A stretch of DNA of 64,000 nucleotides from Tubiluchus corallicola (Eukaryota > Animalia > Priapulida): assembly GCA_030141605.1 (NCBI GenBank), contig JAQGDQ010000039.1:310001-374000 (forward strand). Direction: 5' to 3'. The first letter of the stretch is position 1. Every line of letters begins with the position of its first letter. Positions 50,728 to 64,000 of this stretch are shown piece by piece. The notes under the pieces were generated by a model. That model was not told the origin of the DNA and did not search any database. It saw only the letters and a list, made by a program, of their open reading frames with translations. Made by a program: the position numbers and the translations under genes.

Positions 50728-51398
50728 TATGTACATGCTAGCGATGAATTTTACTAACCCAATGAAGTACCAGTATATGCTAGCCATGAATTTTACTGAC
50801 CCAAGGAAGTGCATGTACATGCTAGCAATGAATCTTACTGACCCAGGGAAATACATGTATATGCCAGCCATGATTTTCGTGAGCCAAGGAAGTATATGTG
50901 TACGCTAGCCATGAAATTTACTGACCCAATTAAGTACGTGTATATGCTAGCCATGATTTTAATGACCCATGGAAGTATATGTGTATGCTAGCCATGAATT
51001 TTACTGACCCGAGGAATTAAAGGAAAATGTTAGCCATGAATTTTGCTGACCCATGGAAGTACATGTATATGCTAACCATGAATTTTACTGACCCGAGGAA
51101 GTACACGTATATGCTAGATATGAATTTTACTGACCCAAGGAAGTACATGTACATGCTGGCCATAAATTTTACTGACCCGATCAATTACATGTATATGCTA
51201 GACATGAATTTGACTGACCCAAGGAAGCGCATTGTGTATGCTAGACATGAGTTTTACTGCCCCAAGAAAGTACATGTATATGCTAGCCATAGATTTTACT
51301 TACCCAAGGAAGCGCATGTGTTTGCTAGCCATGAATTTTATTGACCCAAGAAAGTATAGGTATATGCTAGCCATGAATTTTAATGACCCAAGGAAGTT
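50728..51398. repeat. Minisatellite, 42-bp unit, about 16 copies
   Basis: Consensus ATGCTAGCCATGAATTTTACTGACCCAAGGAAGTACATGTAT; diverged copies with small indels. Confidence 0.95.
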
Positions 51399-51892
51399 GC
51401 TAACATTTTTTACGTCAACTATATAAGCTGGTTTCGAGCAAGATTTCTATTAACGAAAACATTTATAGTAGGCCTAATTACACTCACATCATTAAAAAAT
51501 TTCTTCACTTAAAACAAAGCGTTCCGGTAATTGCAATTAGCAGTCTCACTTGCACGGAAAAATCAAAACGTTTAAATTACAACGTTGTAGACAAGTACAT
51601 TAAAATTTTTAGTGTTACAGTTAAATCATCTACTCAAAATTCATTCAGGCACGGTACATTTGAATGTAATTTTCTGTAGCTGTTAAAATATTTCTTTCAG
51701 AAAAAAATATTTCTTTCAGAATTCTTCCAACTTCCAACTTCTTCCAACTTCTCAAACAAAAAAAAATCATGCATATTTGTAATTTCTAATTTCATGTATA
51801 TACAATGTAACCGAACAAATTTGATTTTTCAGTGCAGCTAAGAATGATAAGTTACAACTACCGAAACGACTCGTTTCAAATAAGAAATATAA

Positions 51893-51929
51893 GATGATGA
51901 TGACGATGATAATGATAATGGTGGTGATA

Positions 51930-51961
<32 letters not shown>

Positions 51962-51970
51962 GATGATGAC

Positions 51971-52035
<65 letters not shown>
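51893..52035. repeat. (GAT)n microsatellite
   Basis: Direct reading; explains the poly-M, poly-I and poly-S ORFs. Confidence 0.97.
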
Positions 52036-52037
<2 letters not shown>

Positions 52038-52442
52038 GTGGTAAAACAGTCGATGACAATGATGAACGCATTATTGGAGATGATGATAACAATATACAAT
52101 GTCAAGATACACTAATTCAATGATGACAATATTACTAGTAGCGGAAATGAAAATAAAAATGATTATGGTGATGACAAAATGATGATGAAAAACAAATCAG
52201 GACACAGGCTGAACAAAATAACATACAGTTTTTTTAGTCGACGGTTGAGGGCAGCACAAACCAACCTAGCAATAGAAAAAAAAGTTAACCAAACAATCAA
52301 TAGCGCCACTGCGGTGGCGAAACCGAGGAATCCAGCCACCAAGTTGGCTCAACATTTAGCATAGGGTTACACTGGTTTTAAATCTCTAACAATTGTTTTA
52401 ATACTGATCGCTTCAAACAAAGGTCAGTGGTCACGCTATTGG

Positions 52443-52833
52443 TGGGAGCGTAGCCAGGTTCTAGAGTTAGGGGGAGCGAGCGTATAAAAAAATACGCCGT
52501 GGCACGGCCAAACAATTTTTAACGCATTGGTTGTACATTTAAGTTTGTGCATAAAATCAAAACGCGAAAAAGATAGTACAATCTTAAACGTAGTACATAC
52601 GTGTTATTTTGCATTTAAAATTAAAACACAATAAAAGGTTTTACAGTAAGCTCATAAATCTCAAAACATAATAAAGGCGTGTGTGTTACCTAATTGTTAT
52701 TTTAAATACAAAAAAAGATTATCCTTTTATCGCACAAGTGAACTAAAGACTTAAAAGTTGTTGAAAAGGGGCCAATTTTCCAATTTTAAAAAACATACTT
52801 AGGGAGCAGTTGCTCTTACTAGCTACGGTACTG
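52443..52833. mobile_element. Degenerate hAT-like MITE
   Basis: GCGTAGCCAGG near the left end and CTAGCTACGGTACTG at the right end; a similar right-end fragment lies at about 43070-43114. Confidence 0.45.
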
Positions 52834-52917
52834 AGTATCGGTAAGTTGTGATATTGAAAAGCCTCACACATCACACGTTTAGGATCTAAACTGGTATAAA
52901 TGTGGTCATTCATTTAC

Positions 52918-53066
<149 letters not shown>

Positions 53067-53863
53067 ATCTTTTGCCATAATAATATTGAGACTCATAACA
53101 AAATATTAAGATACAATCAATGAGAGTTAAAAAACATACACGTTAAGGTATGTTAAATATACACTCAGAGCTAATATAACACATAAAGAACGAGTCAGTA
53201 TTCTAGCTCGTGGGATCCAACGTTCTACAACTATGTAGAACTGCAGCAACATCCCGTCATCAAAAACTAATGGCTTATATTGGTGGAATGTCCGCTTTGC
53301 TAAAAAAAATCATTCCATTTCTTTGGGACATGTTTGTCTAAACTGTCATAAGAGAGCACGCTGCGCCTAGGTGTGTAGATTTCCGGAACCCGGGTCGCCA
53401 CCCCCACGCTTGCCAGTTTCTTCACGACAGTTCATGTCCGGGTCCAGCAAATTATTCAAGGACAAAACTTACTCAAGACGCAGACTGATCTGACCAGATG
53501 TCAGGGTATTCTCCGGTTTGTTTGAAATACATTTCATTATTTTATATTCTGCTGATCACAAAACAAAAAACCAGTTCCACAGCGCATCATAAACATTAGT
53601 GGAAAAAATACGTAGCAAAATTAATAGCAGTTAATAGCCCTACCAAATTCAGTCAATCAATAAGTCAGTCTAGCAGTCAATCAGTCATCTGTTATTTCAA
53701 CAAACAACAACAATAATAATAGCAAACAGAAGACGATCAAATGATTAAAATTAACATTGCAATTCAAAAATAATATAATTATAGCTTACACGTTGCAATA
53801 TTGCAATAATAAATAACATAATAGTAACTAAATTATTGTTGTTCCTGTTGTTGTCGTTGTAGT

Positions 53864-54619
53864 CAGTGCTTAAAGTGTATTTATTTAGGTATGGGTCTCA
53901 TAGCGAACAGAACAGAGCGCTGTAAGCTGCCCCAGTGGGGTCCGGGGCTTGTATTTTCCTTGGTTTTAGGCTTTTGAGAGCTTTAATGGTCGAAAAAAGG
54001 TCACTTTAGTAAGTAATTTTTCAGCCTTTTTCGCCATTAAGGATACAAAATTTAGGTAATTCAAAAACAGCAATGGCTTTTTAATCTGTGAATTAAGTAG
54101 TTTTCATCCATTAGCTTTTATACTTTAACCGGTATAAGTCTTGGCCTATTAAAACCGTTTAACCATGAGGAATAACAGAGCAAACAAAATGCAGCAAGGT
54201 GCACTAGCTCCAATTTGCATGTTGATATACTTCTGCCAAAGACAATCACGCGGCTCACGCCAACTTATTACAGGTAGATTTTGTTGGACCTGACTTTTCA
54301 AGCCTCAAGTAAAATAAGTTAATAGGCGATAAAATGAGTTAACTCGTCATTCTTGTGCACAACTTCTCAAAAAACGTGTTTCTTTTTTCATGAAAAGTTG
54401 AGATAGCCATTGTTGTCGTCTACAGTTCAATTTTAGATGACTGAAAGACGGAAATTGTGCTACTAATATGTGTTACTAATAGTCTTGTAGATAATGAAAT
54501 TGTGAGAAAACTAAAATATGCGACCCGGCGAGACATTGTTTTTTTCTTTAGGTACAGGGTCTGTAAAATTTAAGTTCCGGATCTGCGACCCTGACAGACC
54601 TAGCGCACTTTAAGCACTA
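53864..54619. mobile_element. Non-autonomous hAT-like element
   Basis: TIRs CAGTGCTTAAAGTG / CACTTTAAGCACTA; 8-bp target duplication GTTGTAGT / GTAGTAGT (7 of 8 match). Confidence 0.78.
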
Positions 54620-57600
54620 GTAGTAGTAGTAATAACAGCAGTAATAGTACAAATTTCATTAAGTAGTACTTAAAATTAATTAAAAGAACATGCAACATGA
54701 CAAATCGTACTAAACATAGTACTAAAAATTAAACAAAAACTAATACTAAAAAAATAGAAAGATAAAAACGACTATAAGGAATGTGCAAATAAAGACTGTC
54801 GATTTATTTATTATTTACTATTTATTTTATAGAGGGAGTAGTACATGAAGTTTACAACATGGTAATAAAGTAAGCAGAAAGTGAAAGTTCTTGAATTAGG
54901 CAGCCGGCTGTTTTTGACCACGAGATTCGAAATCCACATTTAGATTAAGCAGATATGCATAACCTTAAACTAACCAGCTAGAACTTAAAAATATGAGGTG
55001 AATATAGAAATTAAAATAGAAACGCATGTTTTTAGAAATACATATGAATTTTCATGAATAAAAAAGAAGTGATATAAAACTACATAAATTTAGCAAAAAC
55101 TAAAAAAGGGCAAGACGAAATAAAATTTACAAAACATAAAAAAGGAAACGATGCGAAATTGACAATTACAAAGACAAAAACACACAAAATGGAAAATATA
55201 AGCATGATTTGAATAAAACATTGAAAGTCCTCTACAGTCTCCAGATAGATTATTTATTTATTTTAGAAACTTTCGCCCTAACGGGCCTTATCAGCTGAAT
55301 AATAGATGTGCTGCGTGGAATAGGATGAAAACTCTTGAAATAAACAAATAACCTTTTCTGAGACAGTAAAGAGTGTTCAACGTTTTATATATTGTAAGAT
55401 TACAAGTCTTGAGGGAACTCTCTCATATACACAATTACAAACTCTGCAATTAAGAGCTACAAAAAATAAAAAACATCTATATATCAAGCTTAATAACGAT
55501 TAGCTTTACGTTATTATTTCCTTTTGTTCATTAACGATTTTTAATTAGCGCAAGCTGAACGGCCGTCCAGACTGATTATCTTTCCATCTTTTGTCTGCAT
55601 GTTATTAGAATAATTTTTTGTATATTTTATCTTGTACTTTATAAGGAAAATTGTATAAATGAATAAGTAAATCGATTATACGATTCATAGAAGAAAGAAC
55701 ATAACCACTGACGATGTGGTAAGTAGATTGCACCTGCTATAACAAATTGTCAGCCAGTGGACCAGATTAGGTAATTCTGGTAAGTTTGATATGCTTTCGA
55801 TTGATGCAATGATTAAAATCAATGACTTACCATTAATAATTTACCACAAATAGTACATATTTTACTGTCAAAATGTCCATTATCGTGACCTACATAGTTT
55901 ATTCTCTGCTTGCTCTTGAGTCTGGTTATTTCATACTATGTCAAATTATATTTGTGTCATTACCAGCCTTGATATGAAAGAACTTATAGTCCTGCGTCTG
56001 CAGTTACAGCGCTGACACCCGATTTTCTTTAGTTGTCTAACTGCGAATTACATCTTTAGATAGACTTCAGCGGGGATTGGCGCGTGTAGTAAGCGTTTAC
56101 TATTACTGTATCAGTAAAACTGTCCTTTGTTTCTCAGCATTCTAAAAAAAATTTACATTTGGACAATTTACGATATAAAGAAATTGTAATTATTAGTAAT
56201 CGTCATTATCGTGCATGTGACCCCACATAAACAGAGTTTTTCTTATTTGAGATGTTTATTCAAGTTTCCAAGCCTCGTATTACATTTATTTGTTTTAACA
56301 AATTTAATATCACGCTACAAGTTTTGTACATACTACGACTGACGTGGACTTTATCTGTTATTTTATTCAGAAATGAGAATGCTGTCACAATGGCTTCTAA
56401 GAATTCGTCAAATCGTACGTGTGTCATGCATGATACACCAACAAAACTCGCTGATCAATAAAAGTTGTAAAATTTGCTGACGCCCCGTCTCTAAGATAGA
56501 CTATAACCGGTAGAATATCTTAGTCACGTCCAAATGTTAATGCATTCTCCCTCAGCGAGGTGTAAACAGCCAGAACCAGCATAGCGAATTAAATCTCCCA
56601 GGGATAATATTAAACTCAGCAATCTTTCATCATTCACTGTCTAGCCCTGGCTTTCACACGGACGTCACCAACGTTAAAATTACAATGTCGTATCACTTCC
56701 TATTTTCAGTAACATGTAGTAAAATGCATTTGTGTGCTGAAAGTTGTAGAATAGAAAACATGCACCATCGTTATGTGGTTCTCTTTTCAAATAAGGTCAC
56801 TGGCAATGTAGGACGCGCCTTTTTCTCACTGTCAACTCTGTCAACAACTAATGATGCTTCACAAGCTACAGTATGTTGTATTTAAATAATAAAACCAATA
56901 CTAGGTCAACCTCCTTATTTCACTTTCAATTATTTTTGTCAAGTTTACGCACGGCAATGGTCTTGGTACAGAGAAGGGTTTACGTGAGACCGTTTCCGCT
57001 GTCGTTTGTATAAGTCTAATGGAAGTGTGCGATCTATATAAAGTGAAGTTTAACGACCAATGATTTTACTCAAAACGTCATTGTTAATTAAAAAAGCAAC
57101 ATGAACAAGTAATTTTTCCTATAAGTAAAAATTCGTGTATTTGCTTTTACAAGGCATTTATTTCAACCTGATTGTCATGGGCAAAAACGAATTCTTAAAA
57201 TAAAAATGACAGACAGCACCCGCTTAAGAAAAGACATGGCTGGTATTCAGAGGCAGAGTTGAAGTGTAGCATTCCCATAGCATTCGGGTGTTAAAAATAT
57301 AGAAATAGTTATTATTATTATTGTGAGGTTGCGTTTAACTTATGCGCCTGCATTGCTACCTTTAGGTTCTCTCAGCCACACAACATCAATATAGGAAACG
57401 AATTTAAGCTATAGTCACAAATTTTTTACATAAATGAAAAAATCTGCATTTGTTCGAATGTTATACGATATTATTGGCTAAATAAATCTTGAAATCTTGA
57501 AATCTAGAATCTTGTTATTACTGTACTTGAGAAACTGATTGGTAAAGGGAAACGAAGTCTCTGAATAAAAGTCGTGTCTTTTCTGAAGTGGGTGCTGGCT

Positions 57601-58103
57601 TGTCATTTTTATTTTAACCCAATTCAATGATTTTTACCGGTAACGGCAATTGAAGTTGTTATAAGTTGTCTATTAGCAAATTGCAAATTATAGCTGCATA
57701 ATAGCTGTTAATTAGAGGCCTGAATCTGGAATCAACACTTCGACGCTTTTACTAATTGCTCAGTTGGTGCTACTCGTGTGAATTTAACTAGACTGAAACA
57801 AGACAGCTGGAAAATTACGCAGTCAAACCGAACTTAATAACTCATTTACAATCCTCGTAAACAGTTAAACAGTTTTTAATTTGCATGCGTTGGCAAGATA
57901 CAGTAACCTACATGTTAGCTGACTGTAATATGTGTAGAATACTATGCATCAGTTTCAGGAGTATATACGTATTTATCTTCATCGTGAAAGACTGCATACA
58001 TTTCTTCCTATAATACCTATATTATACGGGACAAGAATCCAATCATGGATTTCTCGTTTATGCTGGAAATACCTTCCTACTACACATACACGCGCACGCG
58101 CCT

Positions 58104-58123
58104 TTCTCTCTCTCCCTCCCCCT

Positions 58124-58201
<78 letters not shown>

Positions 58202-58216
58202 CTCGCTCTCTCCTCT
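58104..58216. repeat. (CT)n microsatellite / polypyrimidine tract
   Basis: Direct reading. Confidence 0.96.
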
Positions 58217-59786
58217 ACTTCGCTGGTAACAAAACTAATTATAAAAGTATATGACGTCCTTGGCCTTTCGTTACTAGGTTTTTAGCATCAGATTTTGATA
58301 AGGCTATTCACGACTATAGCCACGAGGCAATTTAATTCAGCGATTTATCACCAGCAAATTAAGCACTGCAAAGAATGTAGTGTGTTTGGAAAGTGTTGAT
58401 ATTCAACACTGTCATTCATTTAAAGCGAATCATATGCTATAAATGAATAATGAGGTTGTTTAAACAATTCGCTGTGATATTTTCAACACTAGGATAACGT
58501 ACCAGAAGTAAATTATCACGAAAAACGTTTTTGATAAAATTAATAAGGTAAACAGTGGTAAGTCTGAAAATGTGGCCCAGAAAAAACTTTTCTTACGTCC
58601 AAGTTCTATGACTTACACGTTTAAAGGCAATACTTTAGAGAATTAAGGTACATTGGCACAAGATTGTTGACTGCTAATGCTGCGAATATACCACACTATA
58701 ATAATTCCAAATACCTGGTGTTTTTACGATAAGCAGCAGAGTGTAAGTGGTTATATATAGAAAACAGTGAAATACAATTATATATCTATCAAATAAGATC
58801 GCTGTAGAAGACTTATGAAGCTAAATTTGACACTACTTAAATTCTTACAAACCGCAGACTCAGCTTTCAAATTGTCATTTGGTTCCTGTTGTAATAAATT
58901 TCTAAAAACAATAAGGGACTTTTGAAACATCTGGTATTTTGCCATAGTTAAAAATTAAAAGAGCGTGTCTAAAATTAATATGGCATACGCATTACGATAT
59001 ACCACGCACCTTATAATGTTCCCTTGTTGGCTGTAACGTTTAAAACTTTCAAAGCCGTCTATATCGTTTTCTCAATTTAAGGCAAGTAACAAATTAAAAA
59101 AATTGAAAATACTGCTGTTTTGGTGCAGTCTAAGATTCTGTCTATTGTAAGTGACGTATCATATTTTATTAACTACAAAAAGATGAATTTTTAAAGTAAT
59201 AAACCAGTAATAATTGTTAATAACAATTTCACTAATATAAGCAATGGAAACTGGTGTTATGTGCATAGCTTCCATGCCATAAAAAGTTACCAACAGTTAC
59301 TGTCTTCACAAGCGCATCAACATTGGATACATTTACCCAACCACAGAAATTTATTCACGCACAGAAATTTAAGTCCTAAAGCTATCAAAACATACACTTG
59401 CATGAAAATCATTGTCTGCAAAAATGTTTTACAGTGATAACTGCTAGACATTTAAGAGTAAGAGGGAGAGTAAAAATGGACTCTTTACTTGATTACTTTA
59501 AAAATACAACTGTAGTTTCCATAGAGGCTCAAGATGTCACTATAGGAAAAACGCAGAAAAGTACGACAATAAATTTAACGTGGCATTTACAATAGTTTGC
59601 AGTGCATTAAAGAGAGTGGAATAATCATAATTAAGATCAGACGTTCAAGTAAAGCATTATTGACATAATGGATTTACAATTTCCTTAAAATAAAATGAAA
59701 ACTCGATAATTACATTTACAGTAATAAGAAACGAATCTAATATAACAATAAGCTACTTGAATCACTTGAATAGTTAAATGTTCCTA

Positions 59787-59913
59787 AATAATGATGATGA
59801 TGATGATGACGACGACGACGATGACGATGACGATGACGATGACAATGATATTAATAATAATAATATGATAAAAAATTAAAAATAATAATAATAATAATAA
59901 CAACAATAATAAT
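59787..59913. repeat. Compound (GAT)n(GAC)n(AAT)n microsatellite
   Basis: Direct reading. Confidence 0.92.
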
Positions 59914-61591
59914 ATTTGTTTATTTACCTTTAGCCAAAATTAACATGTCTATTTACCTTTGTCCTATTAAACCTTCTGGTTGATAATTGATTCTTTCAAG
60001 TGCAATGATTATTTTTCACGCAATATTAGGTTAATGGACTCAAAGTTAATTTTACTGACTTGTCACATAAACAGTTCGCAATTAATAATAACGAAAGGAT
60101 ATCTCCACGCAAAGAGTTGTGAAGGCAATTCTTAATGTGTATTTCTGAGTCTTTTACAACAAACAAAAGCATCACTCTTTCGCTTAATTTTCAATGTCGT
60201 CTTCGCCTTTTGTGATAAATGTGATAAATTAATACGTACACAGAGTATTGGCACAAGCGTTTATGACAAAGCTAAAAAAACCATACATTTATGTTAGTTT
60301 CACGTTAAGCTGAGATCTTGAACAAAATTATCATAAAAAGTCATTAGGTAATCAAATGGACCATACCATAAAAATGTCATTCAGTTGTGACAAGTAGATT
60401 GGATTTATTTTTGTGAGTATTGTCAAAATATTTGATGTTAAACTTAATTAACCTACAGATACATTTGAGTACTTTTTAAAAACACGTATTTGCAGTTCAT
60501 TTATTAAAATGAAAGTGACTGCTTAAAAGCTTACAGAGTTAATTTTCTAAAGCGCCGTTTAAATGACCAAACAGACACCCGGAATTATCTATGGATTATT
60601 GCGCATCCAACTTCCGAAGCACAAAATGGCGTTTTCTTTCAGCTTCCTCGTTCTCATTAAAAACAAAATTTGACTTTGAACTATCTGTGTCTGACTTTTA
60701 ATGTGAACAATTAACTCTAAACAAAGTACAAGTATTTGTAAATATTTGTGAATACACACGATTCTCAGTTATTTAAAAAAACGAACAGCCTTTCATTTCT
60801 TGGAAGTCACGTTGGCTTTGGTAACAATAACGCCAGGAATCGTTTTTATGTATTTCATTTAACATTTTTCAGTTTAGGTGTTGCTTATTTCCACAGCTAA
60901 ACAGACTTTGTGATCACACCATTGTTCTTCCTTGTCCTAAAATTATGATGAAATTGCTCTTACATTGGTATGACACTTGGTAAGTTACTTCTGTTTTTTC
61001 ATATATAATAGGGTCAATATACTGATGGAATAAATAGTCAAACCGCAACAAATTGCAAGAAAGTGATTTATGGTGTTTTCTTCTAGTATTTGGTTCAGGG
61101 AGTAACATACCAAAAGTAGGCCGAAATTGGACTTCAGAAATGGTCAAAGGCGTGGCCGCCATTTAGTGGGTATTTAGTGTAACAGAATGGTAAAAAAAAT
61201 GCCACCATTTGAGCCAAAAAACTTTGAAACAACGCTAAAACTCATTAAGGTAATTAATTTTGGTCGTACAAGATCAATTTGAAAAAAATGTGTGGCTCAA
61301 GTTATCAGATGACAGGAAATTCTTTTGAAAAACAAAATTTATTCAAGGTGCTTCTCCTACAGCTTGAACAACATTCCATTCCATGCCGTAAAAGATGACA
61401 AGAGCTAAGCACATCGAAAGCTTTCCTTCATTCCGGCACTATAGTCATCTACACAATGCAGTTAATGCTAAAGCTAATCAAAGCCAATCTAATTGTTATG
61501 ACTTTAAAAGTGTGTGGCTTCTAGAATAACAAGAATTGTATACATTATAAAACAATAAAGAAACCTCAATAGTCTTATAACAAAATAGCTT

Positions 61592-61856
61592 CCCAGGCAG
61601 CACGACCATATTTGTATCAATGTTGTGACAACATTTTTGCAAATATTCTGACAATATGGAAACGTGAACTGGCCACAACATTATAACAGTATTTTTAACA
61701 ATATGTGTAAACCATGTATTTCCAATATTGCACCAATGTTGTACCAATATTGGTAAAAATACCCAATATTGCACCAACATGGTGACAATATTTTCTGAAC
61801 ATATTTTTGTCAAGATCCTGACATGATCATGACCATATAGTGACTTGCTGCTTGGG
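61592..61856. mobile_element. MITE with CCC...GGG ends (EnSpm/CACTA-like)
   Basis: TIRs CCCAGGCAGCA / TGCTGCTTGGG; TT on both flanks; internal CCAATATTGCACCAA repeats. Confidence 0.65.
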
Positions 61857-62478
61857 TTGATGTTTCAAAAACTGATTATATAAACATATTCTTTGTTAAT
61901 CTACTGAGTACCTGGTTTGTATATAAAGTCAGCCTTTTTGAAGTGTTTAATTCGAAGAGGTGAGTTGGAGAGTTAATATAGCTTTACGAACCCGTTCGTA
62001 ATTTGGTTCAAAAGGTCACAGTCAATTGTGTGACTTGTAGGTCAATGTCACCCCTTTCGCTGATACCCCAAAGACGTGAGTTGCTTTTCAAATTCGCATG
62101 TGGTACACCTTAAGAAGGTCCTCAAAGTACAAAGAGGAAGAGAAAGTATTGTGTAGCACCTTCTGTTTCGTTTTCATCTCTGTGGACTGATAGTATTGGG
62201 TCAGTGAACATTTTATGTCTTGCCAAACAATGGCGGATGAGGGGTATGAAACACCATGAGCAATTACCATCATTGGCGGTTATGCCAGAATCCCAAAACG
62301 CACAGAAACAAAGGAAGCACACCTATTACGTCTTAACAACACTTAACATGACTTCTAATTCAACGTACCAATTGCCTTAATGCTTGCGTAGGTTCATATT
62401 TATAACACCCCCTAAGTAAGTACGGGTATTCATGGGATGCACATGATAACGCCGTGGGGCACGGATCTGTCAAGTGCC

Positions 62479-62570
62479 TATATATAATGTACAAAATAGG
62501 TCACACTTTCACTTCGTCTGCTAGCTGATGTGCACCTGTTGTCTAGTGGAGTTTGCGCAAACCTGGACAG
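62479..62570 (+). promoter_or_regulatory. Putative TATA/Inr promoter and short non-coding first exon of a gene continuing beyond the window
   Basis: TATATATAA at 62479, Inr-like TCACTT about 30 nt downstream (A at 62511), and a strong donor CAG|GTGAGC at 62570/62571. Confidence 0.4.
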
Positions 62571-64000
62571 GTGAGCGAATCTTTTTGCTTTATTAATTAA
62601 TTTCGAACTGCACGTGCAAATTATCTTACGTCAGAGTTTACTGAAAAACAGATAATCTAGTGTAAGCTTAATGTGCAGCTGGTGTAAAGTAAGAATGGGG
62701 CTTACACACGTTTGGCGTTAGTCTTAGAAAAATCGTATCATGCTTTGCAGAAACAATTCTTCCCATGACAACTTTGTCACCCATTTCATTTTCCCGACCT
62801 TTTCCAATAAACGATTGCAAAATCAAAAATGAAACTAAAACGTTAAAAAAGAATAACAATAAGGAAGGTAGAATCGACAACAGTAGGCTCTGTCGAGATT
62901 GTATTATGGAGGAGCGGCTGAGCCCAGACACTACCGATTTTCACACATTAATTGGAACGTGTTGCTTTCACCAAATTAAGGTACTAAGATACCAAGCATT
63001 TTTTTAAATTAGTTAATTATTACTAAACAGTTATTTAAAGAGACAACAAAAATTAATGATATTTGTCAGACACAACTGAGTTTGCAGAGATATTTTTCCG
63101 AATAAAATTTGAAAAAATTATCAAAAAAGACGTGTCCGGTTCGATAGCAAATCTTATGCAGAACATTCTTATCCTAAGTGCAAATGAGGCAGGCAACTAT
63201 TAACACGCTAAAAACGCGTTTGAAGTGATAGTGATTAAGACTAAAGGAACGGAAAATGGAACTAAAATTGTGGTGCAACACAAATGTAATTTCATAATGT
63301 GTCATTTGGATGGATTACAAATGGATTAAGTCATTTGTATGTGTTTATTACAGTCCTTAAAGTCAATCGTTAAATCAATATTTTGTGCATTAGCTGTATT
63401 TCGTAGTTCTGAAAGCTCACTGTTTCAGTTTTTACGTTGGAAAGTAAGAGTGCTACAGCTGCAAACCTAATTAATGCTACCTGCCCAATGAATTTTGTGA
63501 AATGTTCATTCAGCATCATAATTTTACAAGTTATCATAATTTTCCTAAGAAGATAATTCTTTGTTTATTTTTGTTCACCTTTACCACTCTCTGAACTGCA
63601 GCTAATCCTTTTGTTGTTAAGCATTTCGTTTATAAAAGCTTTATTCTAGTGGTAAAAAGGTTCATATCGTGCAGCATTTTATATGTCATGATAATTACGA
63701 TAATCATAATATAGGTAAGTGGGGTGAAAAAATTAAAAATTCATGCGGCACTTTATTCTGCGTAACTGCCACAGAGTCAAAGTATGAAAAGTAGTAAAAT
63801 GTTTGTAATAAAGATTGCAAATTATATTGCAGCAGTAAATATGTAGTATAATAAAGATTAAAGTTGTATTACAGATGACAGGCATGTATACAGTATGTGG
63901 AGACAAGTTTAATGTTATCAAATGGTTTAATTTGCAATATTTTGCGACATTATGACAGAAAGAGCTATCATGCACTTAGCATTCGGGCTACTGTGGATTT

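Noticed and set aside
50728-51398. Regular repeat array as a possible CRISPR or repeat-protein gene
   Set aside because: Units are contiguous with no unique spacers, there are no cas genes, the context is eukaryotic, and the frame is broken by indels.
51767-52115. Poly-Ile, poly-Ser and poly-Met ORFs
   Set aside because: These are translations of the (GAT)n microsatellite.
57944-58285. Leu-Ser repeat ORFs
   Set aside because: These are translations of the (CT)n microsatellite.

Overview
AT-rich, intron-containing animal (probably invertebrate) genomic DNA; the taxon cannot be fixed from the sequence alone. Four spliced genes can be assembled with in-frame GT-AG junctions. (1) A + strand SLC7A4/CAT-4-like cationic amino acid transporter (5 coding exons, 9044-24051, about 664 aa). 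(2) A complete peroxisomal bifunctional enzyme gene (EHHADH-like, 4 exons, about 714 aa, ending in -SHL) nested antisense inside an intron of that transporter (12225-16439). (3) A second intact EHHADH-like copy (33099-37132) lying outside the host gene but still flanked by decayed host sequence, so the nested gene appears to have left its host through a tandem segmental duplication. (4) A very divergent - strand CAT/SLC7-family gene (44463-50000, about 687 aa) whose TM1 and TM6 substrate-binding motifs are eroded. The rest of the window holds a decayed Ty3/gypsy LTR element (its empty site survives in the duplicate), a pogo-like DNA transposon remnant, Helentron-like, hAT-like and MITE elements, LINE/SINE fragments, a 42-bp minisatellite and microsatellites. 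All alignments and splice models were made by eye, with no database search.
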